This document shows positions 24,025 through 35,360 of a stretch of 64,000 nucleotides of DNA, piece by piece. Source of the DNA: Basidiobolus meristosporus CBS 931.73. Its lineage: Eukaryota > Fungi > Basidiobolomycota. The stretch lies in NCBI GenBank assembly GCA_002104905.1, contig MCFE01000166.1:1-64000 (forward strand), in the 5' to 3' direction. Below the pieces are notes generated by a model. That model saw only the letters and a list, made by a program, of their open reading frames with translations, was not told the origin of the DNA and did no database searches. The translations under genes were made by a program, and so were the position numbers. Each line of letters opens with the position of its first letter. Position 1 is the stretch's first letter.

Positions 24025-24273
24025 TCAATCGCTATTACTGGGCCGACCACAGCCGATGCTGGTCTTTCTTATGGGTACACAGACCGTTCCCTGCGCACAT
24101 GCGGCTTCCACCCACCTGCCACCAACACACCATTGAAATTGTGGTGAAGATTCAGCAACACATCTGTACTGTCCCACTTGGCATTCCTCTTGGTAAGTGA
24201 TGACCTGTGCAATCACGTGAACGGGGTGTAGTACAAGAAGTCCCAGAGTTGTCACGGTAGCGTGAATCCTCAT
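24025..24273 (-). CDS. Array gene 12: stalk-less secreted CBM19-like mini-protein (82 aa)
   Basis: ATG at 24273 (MRIHATVTTLGLLVLHPVHVIAQ) is followed almost immediately by EECQVGQYRC..QFQWCVGGRW..CAQGTVC..IGCGRP. TATA at 24341-24349. Confidence 0.78.
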   Translation of the reverse strand: MRIHATVTTLGLLVLHPVHVIAQVITYQEECQVGQYRCVAESSPQFQWCVGGRWVEAACAQGTVCVPIRKTSIGCGRPSNSD

Positions 24274-25630
24274 GTTGATGGATGATTTTCTTTGCTCGCG
24301 TATTTGTAAGGGCTTGATATACATTATGGGAGAAACCCCGGTATTTATAGGGTTCCACTTTCTAACTAGTCGCATGCAATAACCATGAACGCCTTCGAGT
24401 TCGACAACCGATAACATTCTTGAAGCCTGGCTGGTGGATCTGGTACGACGATGTCCAATTAGGTGTATGTCAACCCCAATATTCTCGGTAGCCTGCTCGA
24501 CCCGGCGATTGAGAACGATATCAGGCCCGTCAAATAGGCCCATCGCCCACCATGATATGACGTTACCCTACCCCTTGAGCAAATAGCATACCATGAGATT
24601 CTGTGGCGAAACATGGACTTTGGTATCCACCTATCCTGCATGAAGCGGTAATTTAGATCCTGATCCGCTCCGACACATCTACGTCAGGATTCAGGCTTTG
24701 GCGGGATTCGATGTTTTTCATTAATTTCCACCTCACCAACACCCAAACCAACCTTGTATTCAGTATGACTCGAAATTCCCAACTGCGGTGACGGAGCAAC
24801 TGGCATGGTGCACCGCATCCATTCGATATTGCTGATCGCTTCAGCAGGATGGCCATGACTTCCAAGATTGACGGGGTTTGTGAGTCCGCCGAATCACATA
24901 TCCACATTAAAAAGGAAATCCAAACCAGAATTAAGGTTGATTTGTGGTTACCTCTCATGCTCGTCCCTAAAACATCACCTGTGCGTGGTCTGGTCACTCC
25001 GAAATCTCCATTTGCCATCGGGGCAAACTCCCATCCACCTTCCACTTACCAAACTCACTGCCCACTCTGGTTTGGTGATGGTTCGTGATACGTGTAGGTT
25101 GAAACTCCATCTCCCCCGGCATGAACCGGTATTCCTTCCCACTCTATCTCACATTGCCATGTGCTCGTGATACACACAATGGGGATTTCCAAATACGATG
25201 ACTTAGGGCGACTTGCTATCTATGGGTCGCCGGATACCATGGTTACCTCAAGTAGCATGACTTACCATTATTACGGTGTTGGAGATGGAGGATCCCGATT
25301 ACGATTTATTTCAACTGTCTGGTTCACTGTACTATGATGGGTGGTATAACAAAAAAGATGGCAGACATAACAACCAAAGAGATTAAGAGCTGTAAATGAG
25401 GTGAGGGAAGGGTAGGGGGGTGGAGTAGGTTGCAAATATACATGCAAAAGGAAAGAAGCAACGAAACTAAGAAATGACAAGAAAGCGATGAATGGATGGG
25501 AAACGCCACGTGCGCCGGTGGACTCGGTTCCGCTCCGAGGAATCCCAGTCGAATTAAAAACATGTCTATGAATGGAACCACTCCGATATGATATATGTAC
25601 GGGATTGTTGATTTGCTCTGCAAATATCAT

Positions 25631-26686
25631 TTACTTCTTGTCTCCCTGTGGGTATTGTGGTACTTTGCCGAGGTTGGCGTTGGCACCCCAGTAGTTGTTT
25701 GGCTGCATGTACTGGTTGGCTTGTGCAGTATAAGGGTTCATGGACTGGGGCTGGTTGTATTGTGGATACTGGTTAGGGTTCATGTAGTTGCCAGTATTCA
25801 ACCCACTACCCCCCAACGGTAGCTGGGATTGGAGTTGGTTTGGCATGGAGCTGGACATGTGATTGGGCATTTGGCTTGGCATCTGACCGGAGAGTTGATT
25901 TGGCATCTGTGTTGGCATCTGGTTGGGGATTCCACCGTATTGTTGGCCGTAGCTCAGCCCGGCTAGTGCAGCATTGTATTGTGTGGCCGATTGCTTTCTA
26001 TCATCACCATAGAGTGCGTCAGCATTAGGATCCATGCCTGGGTTCGAGTCACCACCATAAACGTTCGACACTTGGGGTGTACGCACTTGAACTGGCTGCT
26101 GCTACGATAAGAACCCAGTTAGTTACCGTGGATAAGGTGCGCCCAGAAGGAACGGGTGAACTTACTGGAGGAGCAACGTCTTCCTTGGCTTGGGCAGTAT
26201 CAGGAGCATTCAGACACGACTGAATGAGGTTTTTCCCCTCTGGTTGAGTCACCAGAGGCTGTAACTTCGGGGTGGTGAAAGTGTACACGAGACCGGTCTC
26301 CGATACAACCAAGAGTAAAACCTGGGTTCCGGTGAGGGTGCTAAGCTCGTATGCCTGAAAAGGTACCGGAACAGGTTAGGATGCGGTGGGGCAGAGAAGA
26401 ACCAGCAAAGAAAACACGCTACCTTCTTCATGATACCAGCCTTACGTTTGCTGAAGGTGATGTGACGACGACTCTTATCTTCGATGTACTCGATCTTGAT
26501 CTTACGACGGCCAGCTCTCTTCTCGTTTTTCGGGGTCGCTTCGTCAGAGTCCCCGTCGTCATCGTCTTCGAAGTCGCGTTTGGTGCCGAGTTGCTCGGCT
26601 TTGGGTGTGATGGGAGAGGCACCGTTGGGGTTGAAGGGCCTGTTTATGGAAGAGTTCATGGAGTTGGCAGTGGCGAGGTTGTTCAT
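25631..26686 (-). CDS. MCM1: SRF/Mcm1-type MADS-box transcription factor, ~307 aa; exons 26686-26423, 26354-26166, 26101-25631
   Basis: RRKIKIEYIEDKSRRHITFSKRKAGIMKK|AYELSTLTGTQVLLLVVSETGLVYTFTTPKLQPLV..EGKNLIQSCLNAP. Introns 26422-26355 and 26165-26102 (the latter with a CTAAC branch site). Q/N/P/M-rich tail. Confidence 0.93.
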
Positions 26687-27689
26687 GACTAGTTCGCGTT
26701 ATTTGGGTGTCAGTTTCGAAACAGTGATTTCAGTTATGTAGCTCAAATCGAGGGAAAGAGGCCAAATAGGGAGGGGATCTTAAAATAACGTTATATAGGT
26801 TCCAAATCAAGGTCTGCTTGGATGGTTTGGGGTAACTGGGAGCCAAAGTAAACCAGTGCGTGACAAATTGGAGAAGATCCGAAATGAAAATGGTCGGCCA
26901 ACGTTACTTTCGGGATTTTTATATTAACTTCAGGCATCACCCAACTCCATTTCTAGTGGCTCCAAATTCAGTGGACCCCACGGGCGGATCATTGGTCAAT
27001 CACACATCCATAAAATGTGGCCTAGGAAAGTTACCCAAATCCATACTCCTTGCCTATTCTTCTCTCTTCCCATAGGGCGATCTAAGCTCAGCGTGGCCAG
27101 TAGGATTCCCCTTTTCCCATTCCAATAACCGCTTTTGGCGATCTAGAAGGTTTGACGATCCGAGACGATTGGCTGATCACGCGTAGAATGAAATCGAGTT
27201 TCGCGTCCTATCTGTGCTCCAATCACCGGCGTTTCTCGAAGGCCTTCCATCTGACTTATTGAATAGACCATTCAATCATGCCCCAACGTCTATATTTTCC
27301 AGAATCTCGTTCCAGAACCGCACCTCAGAGGCTATTGCGGATAGACGAGAGTGATTTTAGAGCGAGCCTCTGAGTTGGAAGAGAATTGGGAATTGGCATT
27401 GGCATTGGCATTGGCTGGTGAAAGGCTGCTCGAAGATGTTTAGAAAGGTGAGTAAACAAAGCATCTTTTGAGCGGAGGTGGTTTAAATGGATTTGGGGGC
27501 TTGATGTCAATGGTTAGACTGAGAGGGGTGCTGGCAAGTGGAATTTCGGATGATCCGACGATGATTGGGTGGAGGAGCAAAGATTTTCAATGCTGGCTCT
27601 TGAAGAATTCTCATTTCGAAGGACCTAAACCTCACACCAAGTTCAACCAACGTCCAGTGTCAGTACTAGGTTGGTGACCAAGAGGAACT

Positions 27690-28388
27690 ATGTTTTCGGT
27701 ACTTAGACAGAGCAGCGGCAGTTTATCGGCCATCAAGTGTGCTCACTCCATGAGTGTGAGACATTTCGTCGCTCCTAGCTATCCACTCTTTTCCCATATA
27801 GGCAAAGCCCCCGTCAAATATTCCTCCGAAGTACAAATCGAGCTTTTGCCTACCCCCTTCACCGACGAGGCTCGCTACCAAAAGACCAGAACCCTCACCG
27901 TAAAGGGGCCTCTTGGCCAGCACAGCATGCCTATCGATCCATTCATCAGCTTGAAGTTCAAGAAGGATTTGACCAGCGATGACGGCGGTCAGCTCTTGGA
28001 GGTCGCTATCGAGGATAAGAGTATTAAGAAGCAAAAGCAGATGTGGGGAACCACCAGAGCTTTGATCAACAATTCGGTGATTGGCGTTTCCGAAGGATTC
28101 AGCGTACCTCTGCGCCTGGTCGGTGTTGGTTATAGGGCAGCCCTTGAGAGTAACGGCAAGTTAGGGTTAAAGCTTGGTTATTCTCATCCTATCGAGATGG
28201 AGATCCCTGAAGGTATCACCGTGACCATTCCCAACCCCACCCGTATTGTGTTGTTCGGCACAAACAATCAACAAGTGAAGCAGTTCGCCGCCAAGATTCG
28301 GGACTGGAGAAAGCCCGAACCATACAACCAGAAGGGTATTTTCGTTGGTGACGAAACTATCAAGAAGAAGGAAGGAAAGAAGAAATAG
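27690..28388 (+). CDS. MRPL6: Mitochondrial large-subunit ribosomal protein L6 (uL6m), 232 aa
   Basis: Presequence-like N-terminus, LVGVGYRA..LKLGYSHP, and FAAKIRDWRKPEPYNQKGIF. Confidence 0.93.
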   Translation: MFSVLRQSSGSLSAIKCAHSMSVRHFVAPSYPLFSHIGKAPVKYSSEVQIELLPTPFTDEARYQKTRTLTVKGPLGQHSMPIDPFISLKFKKDLTSDDGGQLLEVAIEDKSIKKQKQMWGTTRALINNSVIGVSEGFSVPLRLVGVGYRAALESNGKLGLKLGYSHPIEMEIPEGITVTIPNPTRIVLFGTNNQQVKQFAAKIRDWRKPEPYNQKGIFVGDETIKKKEGKKK

Positions 28389-29081
28389 AGGAATTTAAGC
28401 CAGAAACCTGGATTTCTTCCCGAGCATTCACAAGCATATCTAGAAATATTCTCTATCATTTGTCACTTTATTCGGTCCACTGTACATGGTTGTTATCTCC
28501 CTGCATCGACCATTTCAATAAAACCAACATTGTTTAGCCAGTTGAATCGTCTCTGCCGTTGGTTTTTGCGTTGGGCTCCAAGGTGGCGTTGCTGGTGATT
28601 CACTAGATGCCGTCACTGCAAATCCAGCTTCTTATTGTGGTGATGCCTCCATACTCCTAGCCGATAGGGAATGGTGCCTGGGCCCTTACTCGATCGAACC
28701 GAATCCAGTTGATGGTCGGCTTGTTAATAAACACTGGCAGAGATCAGTTGGTTTAGCACGGAGTATGGTGGGTGGAGTGGGACTTACATGAGCAAGTGTA
28801 GGCGCAATACAGTCTCAAGCCAGGTAATTCAGCCATTTCTCAAGATGTTTGATTTGCAAGACCACCAACAAATCCCCTATATTTTGAATTGAGCGCTGCA
28901 ATTGCAGAAGCCCAACGGAAGATGACGACTGGTATATCGATTCTTCGACTTTATTAGTTTGTACCAATTATGTTACATAGATATCGTTACGTAAATATCA
29001 ACGTGCTTGGAGGGTCGACTGGCTTGATGGGAAACTAACTCGAACTGGGGTCACAGGTATGGAAATGAGACGAGCGGAGGT

Positions 29082-29691
29082 TTAAGCAGTTCTAAGAATT
29101 AGGTGGACCCCGCTATCTGACCAAACGGGCTCGCTCATCTCGCCGACCTTGAGTGCAAATGCAGCGTTCTCAAATGGTGGTTGCATCTGTCCACGGCCGA
29201 AGAACCCTAAGTCTCCTTCACGTTTGGCACTTGAGCAGTCGGACTCGGTTCTAGCCAACTCTCCTAGAGAAACCTCCCCTGCCAGGATTTTACTGCGGTA
29301 TTTCTCCAGTATTTCAAGGGCCTCTTCCTTCGTACGGGTGATCTCCGCCTACCAAGGGGTCAGTAACGCGTGGGACAAGGTTGATCTTGAGGCATACTTA
29401 CTTCTTTCCAAGAGCTAGGTCTTCTGCTGTCGCGATGTTTGACCAGCAAATGGCTAGCCTTGATCTGATCGGTCTGCTCCGCTATTTCTGTGTCAGATAA
29501 AGGGCTAGCACCCTCCGGGGGTTCCCAGCGACTCTCTTTGGTTTCGTTGTTGTAGAAATAGGGCAGGTTGCGGGTACGTGACATACGGACTTCCCAGTTG
29601 GGGGGCAACTTATACTTGGAAGGGAGTGACTGCAACAAAGAAACGGTTAGTGACCGGCCCAAACAACCATAAGCCGCCAGATGCGTACCAT
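29082..29691 (-). CDS. ESS1: Parvulin peptidyl-prolyl cis/trans isomerase Ess1/Pin1, ~165 aa; exons 29691-29689 (ATG only), 29629-29402, 29348-29082
   Basis: WW domain [31 protein letters not shown]. PPIase motifs [42 protein letters not shown] and SGVHLI. Two GT..AG introns. Confidence 0.93.
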
Positions 29692-30027
29692 CTTCAAAGA
29701 TCGCAGGGAGTAGGTAGAGGTGCGTAAAGTAAAGAGAACAAGGTTGATTGGATGTCACTGCGGCCCAAATATTCCAGGTGATCATATTGCTGGGGCCTAT
29801 GGAAGATTTCCAGGATTTCAAGATCAAGGGGATTTCCAAGTGTGTTTTCTTTTGGTAAATATTCTCTTTTGGGGCGATTTATCTATTGGGTGACTGCCCA
29901 GCTCATGTCACACGCTCGATGTTTATTGATCATTTAATACATTTTGGTATGGCTATTGCACGCACTTGCCACGCTTTTGTCGCTTCGCAGGGAATTGCTA
30001 TTTAACGAGTCACTTACTCAGAGCCAT

Positions 30028-31102
30028 TTACGAGCCGTTTCCTTCAAGACAAGGCCATGACTTATTCAGGTCAATCTTCCACTCAATGCTTGCCCGACCA
30101 TTGTGTCGATAGTCGACGAGGTCTGGGATTACAGCCAGGAACCTGTCGCGAGGATCTTCGACAATGCTTCCCCCATCGCCCGCAGTAGTTATCTTGGTCA
30201 ATGGGATGAAATACATATAGGTATGCTTGGCTATCTTTGCTCTTCCGGCCTAACGATGGATGAGTTATGGTAGAGCGCAATAGCTTGGCAATGTTGCCCA
30301 CCTTGCAGCGGTCGTGACTTTTCTGTACTTCGCGTCGAAACAGTGCGACAGTTTCTTCATCCTTCGACAATAGATGCGTGAGAAAGTACAGCCCGTCCGA
30401 ACCCTCTACAACCGCCTTTAGCTGGTCCAGCTCTACTCGCTCGCGCATCAATAATGTGGAGGGACTGGAAAAGGATCAGTACACGCCACTAACAAGCCAA
30501 AACCAAAGGATGTTATTACATAGATTCAAAAGTCACTGGACTGAAGCTTAAAAGTTGCAGTCTTCCAATGCACTGGCCTTCCTGCCTTTTATCCAACAGC
30601 CCCTCCCAAGCCACATGCTCCCAATGGCACCTAGCCTCCCGAGCAGTCAACCGAGTGTGAAGCAGCTCCTTGAGCTGCTGCAGCTTCAGATTTTCGTATT
30701 GGGTTTCTTGTTCAAGTATTAGTAGCGATAGTTCGCCCATAAATTGCTCCTTGAGAGTACCAGTCTCGTCTTCAATACATATATGGAATGAAATAGCCAC
30801 TGTGTGCCGCTACCACCTACCTCCAAATCACTAACACTTATTACTGGCTTGTTGTGGGGCACCACCAAGTCTGTGCGCAGACAAGAACTGCCTTTCTCTC
30901 CAGCTATCTGGGCAATAGTCGCTTCAGTAAGCAAGGGGGACTCGAGGTACCGAAGCAAAGAGCAACGTCGACGGCAGTACTGTGGATCCCAACCAAGGTG
31001 GAATTTCTGCCGAAGAGAATGGATCTGTCCGACGTGCTGTCTTGCTAGGTGCTGAGCAGCAATCCGATACTGCTGGAGCGCTTCAACGGGCTTTTGGTTC
31101 AT
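30028..31102 (-). CDS. Uncharacterised multi-exon protein
   Basis: Consecutive minus-strand ORFs can be joined by plausible introns (GTAATA..TACTGAT..CCAG after VTFES, and a 52-nt GTGGGC..TTAG giving DRCK|AGRAKIAKHTYMYFIPLTKI). The start and the first intron are uncertain, and I do not recognise the family. Confidence 0.55.
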
Positions 31103-31396
31103 AGCAAGGGTTGGTTTGGTTGGGGCGTTTATCCAACGCTCGCTCAGGACGAGAAATGAAGTGACCTCATATCCGTTTGGCCTTGAAGGAAGGCTAATCA
31201 AAATCGTGGATTTTGCTGGAGCTAAGCCAACTGGTTTCAATGATCAAGATGCGGAGTCACACGGAAACTATAGGATGATTGAATCGATGGGATGCTCATG
31301 ATTTGATTCACAGTGGGGCCGATACAAAATTTTCTCGGAATCTGTTAATGACTGAGTATCGCTGATACCCCTCACCCATCTTTGAACCTATAGAAC

Positions 31397-32354
31397 ATGT
31401 CGGCCAGCCCAAACGCAGACGCTGATTCGGTCAAATGCCCAGTCAACCATGAGGCCATGAAGGCTTTCCTTCCTGCGGAGAACAATATCGAGAAGCAGGA
31501 AGAGTTGAAATGTCCAGTCAATCCTGAGGCCGCAAAGGCGTTCCTTCCGAATAATCCCCAAAGCACCGCTTCCGGGGAGGAACCAAAATGTCCGGTTGAC
31601 CATGAATCTATGAAGGCATTTTTGCCTCCGAATAAGGATACCCCCAAGGAAACGGTGGCCGAGGGCTGTGACAGCGATGCGATTAGCTCCTCTAATTACA
31701 TGCCAGCGCCAAACCAGAAGCGTGCCGAGGGCCAGAACAAGGATTTGTCCTTGGAAAGAGAAGTGTCAAGCATACCACGTGGCGGAAACACCAGTGAAAA
31801 GTACTGGGTATACCCATCGGAGCAAATGTTTTTCAATTCCATGAGACGCAAGAATTGGTCTCCCTCGGAGGACGACATGGCCAGCGTAGTGCCTATTCAC
31901 AACGCGGTGAACGAGATGTGCTGGAGGAAGATTTTGGAGTGGGAAGCTATGCACGAGAAGTAGGTCCAAAAGGGCTCCCGTTAGTTCGTCCACCCCAACT
32001 AACCTTTTCTGGTTTACCAGCCAGTGCGGTGGCCCCCGACTAGTGAAGTTCCAAGGAAAGCCTCGCGATTACACTCCGAAAGCACGCTTGAGAAGTCTCT
32101 TTGGGTAAGTAATGTTCAGCTTGCCATGGTAACCCCACACTTTCTAATCGGGTGGTTCGGACAGCTACACGCTACCATTCGATAGACACGATTGGATTGT
32201 TGATCGGTGTGGAAAGCAGGTTCGCTATGTGATCGACTTCTACTCCGGAAAACCAGATCCCAATTCGCCATCCTCCGTGTCCTTCTACCTCGACGTTCGT
32301 CCCGCACTCTCTGTGGAAGGAGTCATGGACCGAATTCGCCGGCTATTCCATTGA
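31397..32354 (+). CDS. HCCS: Cytochrome c/c1 heme lyase (holocytochrome c synthase); exons 31397-31959, 32021-32104, 32165-32354
   Basis: [53 protein letters not shown] and YLDVRPAL, plus three KCPV heme-regulatory motifs. CYC3 and CYT2 cannot be distinguished here. Confidence 0.93.
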
Positions 32355-32713
32355 TCCAATCATCTCCCTCACTTGCATCCCCCTTCCACATTGACCTCTC
32401 ACCATTAGGTGCTTCACCTCTTTCACGGTATCGTCGCACAATAAACTGCCAAATCAATTGCCACTTCCGTCGTATTTCTCAATCAAGATCAACCGCTATA
32501 CGAAGTCATGTGAATCCCATTACATAATCCTCCACAGATCAAATGGCAAGTATTTCTCTAGAAGGATAGAGGCACTCATTCGATGACGGAACATTCACCA
32601 GACAACAACCAGCCGGCCTATAAAAGGTTCGCCGCGCCCTGATCACAGCCTTCGAAACCCTGCACGAGCCTCTTCGTCAACCAACTTCCACTTCCCATTG
32701 AAAAAGAGGCCAT

Positions 32714-33334
32714 ATGATGGAGGGAACTTGTGTTGGAGCCTCTTCCCCTGACATTCCATTAGAGGATGGTCCCAACACGTCTGACACTACAAGCCCCGGT
32801 CTAGTCAATGATACTTCACCATACCCCCGCCGGCCCTTCATTCCTCCACTAGAGCCCAGGATCTATGTTGGTCCAGCAACACACTGGGAAAGCCTTGTCG
32901 GCGGTGCTATGTCGTCAAGCACTTTCATCCCACCAACTGTTCCGTGTGAGCCCTTGAATATCAATCCCTATCCAACAGAAGTGCCATCGACGCCGACGAT
33001 TGACGTCAACCGTGCATCGACCAGCATCATCAATGGGCGGACGATATCTCTATGGGATGACGATGAGGAACCACGTGTACCATCAGGATCCACCGAACCT
33101 CCAGTCAAGGTGAGTCCTAGAGCCAGAGCCGGAGCCGGGGACTCACCCGAGCTCGATGGAAGAAGGCATACGTGTGGGATTTGCGAGCGTAGCTTTTCCA
33201 GACCCAGCGCCCTGAAAACCCACATGTACACCCACACCGGAGAGAAACCTTTCCCCTGCGGCTATGGCACATGCGACAAGCGGTTCTCCGTAGAGTCGAA
33301 TCTACGTCGCCACTACCGACTTCACCTATTGTAG
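32714..33334 (+). CDS. C2H2 zinc-finger transcription factor (two C-terminal fingers), 206 aa
   Basis: HTCGICERSFSRPSALKTHMYTHTGEKPFPCGYGTCDKRFSVESNLRRHYRLH; TATAAAA at 32619-32625. Confidence 0.88.
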   Translation: MMEGTCVGASSPDIPLEDGPNTSDTTSPGLVNDTSPYPRRPFIPPLEPRIYVGPATHWESLVGGAMSSSTFIPPTVPCEPLNINPYPTEVPSTPTIDVNRASTSIINGRTISLWDDDEEPRVPSGSTEPPVKVSPRARAGAGDSPELDGRRHTCGICERSFSRPSALKTHMYTHTGEKPFPCGYGTCDKRFSVESNLRRHYRLHLL

Positions 33335-33899
33335 GTATGACCAATCGATTCCCCCCCCCCCGGGATGATTGGTCCCGCTTGGGGTGCTTCCGTAGTGTCC
33401 CTCCGGATTAATCGGCTGTGGACTAGGCCCGTTCAAGCCTCCTTCCTATTCTGTAATGGACCTCGTGGTCGGTGATACTGCAGCGGTTACGCGAAGTTGG
33501 AGCATGCGCCCACACCCACACCTGGACCTAGTTGGACATGCATCACCACTCGCACCCATGTCCGTGACATCGAGTTCGTTCGAGAAGGTGGCGAGTGATA
33601 CTCAGCATCACAACGTGACTCAGTCCTCCTCACACACGTTGCCTCTTGATTTGGTTGACTGGTCCGAACCCAACATGTCATCAAACCTAGTGAAAGCAAA
33701 CGCCACACCCCTGCTTCTAGCCTCCAAATGGAACTAAGGTTGGGCACCAGGATGCGATATGCATTGGAATCCCAACGGTATCTTTGGTCCTACCACTAGG
33801 TCAGCGTTTCTTACTGGGGGTTGTTGAAGTGTATGGCCGATGGAGTTTTGTAGGATATTGCTACGTCCATATATAATGCAGATGTTGAAATGAATTGCC

Positions 33900-34370
33900 T
33901 ATCCTACTTATATGTGGCAGTGGTACAGTGGATTCAGGTTTGCTGGATGAATGCGTGGTATTAGCCAACAGAATTATTCGTCACCGGCTCCTATCGGTGC
34001 CAGTGTGGTGTAACCTGTGGTGGTATGAGCGAAGGATAGCTTCCTGCATCCAACGATGTTCGCAAAGAAGCCAAGTACCTATTTCCATCATACCCATAAG
34101 CGGTTGTATACTCAGATGGATATTCCTAATGGTTAATTTGATTCTTGGAGTCATTAGATATTTGTCACTACAAATGAAATTTGGAGTTTCTGATAGCTTT
34201 TGTAAGTTATTTGTGGCACCGCACCATTGTTTCAATATCAAATTCGGCTCTATCTACTTTACAAAATCTTGTATAACTTGTAGTCTGGAGGTTGGTCGGG
34301 CTTCATTTCTTCCACTAAATCAAGAGCACATGGCTAACCTTCCAAAGTCATCTAATCAATCTCACTAGTA
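33900..34370 (-). mobile_element. Probable Gypsy integrase zinc-binding-domain remnant marking the start of the TE block
   Basis: QEAILRSYHHRLHHTGTDRS resembles the integrase IL..YH...H.G..R motif; multiple stops. Confidence 0.4.
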
Positions 34371-34399
34371 TGAGTAATACTTTTGATGATCTTATCTCA

Positions 34400-34860
34400 A
34401 GACCATTGCAGGAAGTGATTTCTTGAGTGCAAGGGTTATGCTTATGCTTGTACATGATCTTGGCAAAAAAACACATACAATATGTTTATGACTCAGTGGG
34501 CATACAAACCACTGATGAAGATGTGCTAGTTACCCTCCTGAAAAGCCTGACACAAAGACTTCAGGGCCTATTTTAGCCTTAAAGTCCAGAACTGAAGATT
34601 TGACCTTAAATTTCACATATGGAAGACTTCTGGATGAGGAATCGAGAAAATCATGCACCAATCAGAAGTAAGAAGGGAATGCTTTAATGAGCAATGATAA
34701 CCACCAAAGGAGGTACTCAAGACCCTATAAAGGCAATACCAACCATTCTTGTGGCTATTGCAATAGGAAAGGACACACATAAGACTGGTACTTCCAAAAC
34801 AAAATAATCAGCAGAAAAAGCCTTGATATGGAAATGGAGCAATTCATGCAGCTAGTGTTG
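34400..34860 (+). mobile_element. Copia gag remnant
   Basis: DEDVLVTLLKSL..LTLNFTYGRLLDEE and a decayed zinc knuckle CGYCNRKGHT; homologous to gag pieces at 38040-38170, 43170-43700 and 46860-47400. Confidence 0.65.
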
Positions 34861-35360
34861 AGAATCTTGTAGTTACATCTTAATATTTGCCTCACTTAGT
34901 TGCTTAGGACATAGTCTTTATTGTTGTAAGAGTTTTGTTGATATTGGAAGTGATTGGAAGAACCAGTAGATTACATGGATTTCACTTAACAATTTATTGA
35001 ATGTAAAAGTAGTATTTATACTTTTACATGGTCTGGGCATAAAAAGCACGTAGAATTAGCTCAGTAAGGTCTCAAGAACTTGTGTGCAAAGTTTGAGGCT
35101 GTTTGGACAACTTATCTAGCTTTCATGTTTTGGGTACCTGATGTTTTTAGTGAAAATATTCCAAGTAAATCCCAACAAGGAATTTGATCAGTATTCTCTA
35201 AGGTTTGAAGGTAATTCTTTAAGCAACTGGGTTAGGTGAGTATTTAGGGAGATTGACAAACTTTTAAAATACTCCCACACAACAAAATGCTCATATTGAC
35301 TAGCCCTAATTTTGACCTAAGATATTCAAATATGTCTCTGGCTAATGGTTTGGTAAATAT

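Larger units (their letters stand above)
10317..24349 (-). promoter_or_regulatory. Conserved TATA boxes (TATAAA[T/A]) ~50-95 bp upstream of array ATGs
   Basis: Plus-strand ttttata/atttata at 10317-23, 12441-47 and 13947-53; gtatttata at 16313-21, 17868-76, 20059-67, 21845-53, 23164-72 and 24341-49. Absent at the equivalent position for gene 8. Confidence 0.75.

Noticed and set aside
5719-24273. GH47, bZIP and the glycoprotein array as a functional glycosylation cluster
   Set aside because: Adjacency only; GH47 is a general secretory-pathway family and nothing in the sequence links it to the array.
24273-24543. Long upstream extension of the gene-12 ORF (172 aa in the ORF track)
   Set aside because: The paralog-like ATG, signal peptide and TATA all point to a start at 24273.
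26760-26775. CArG-like CCAAATAGG upstream of MCM1 (autoregulation)
   Set aside because: It has only 5 A/T between CC and GG; a CArG box needs 6.
27385-27420. (GGCATT)3 repeat and a small MPMPMP ORF
   Set aside because: A short intergenic microsatellite with no coding support.
7886-33334. Three transcription factors (bZIP, MADS, C2H2) within 26 kb as a regulatory or mating-type-like cluster
   Set aside because: No HMG, homeodomain or pheromone genes are present, and housekeeping genes are interspersed; the density is plausible by chance.
33456-33737. 93-aa ORF as a separate gene or a second exon of the C2H2 factor
   Set aside because: No phase-compatible splice to the zinc-finger ORF was found and there is no recognisable motif; likely 3' UTR.
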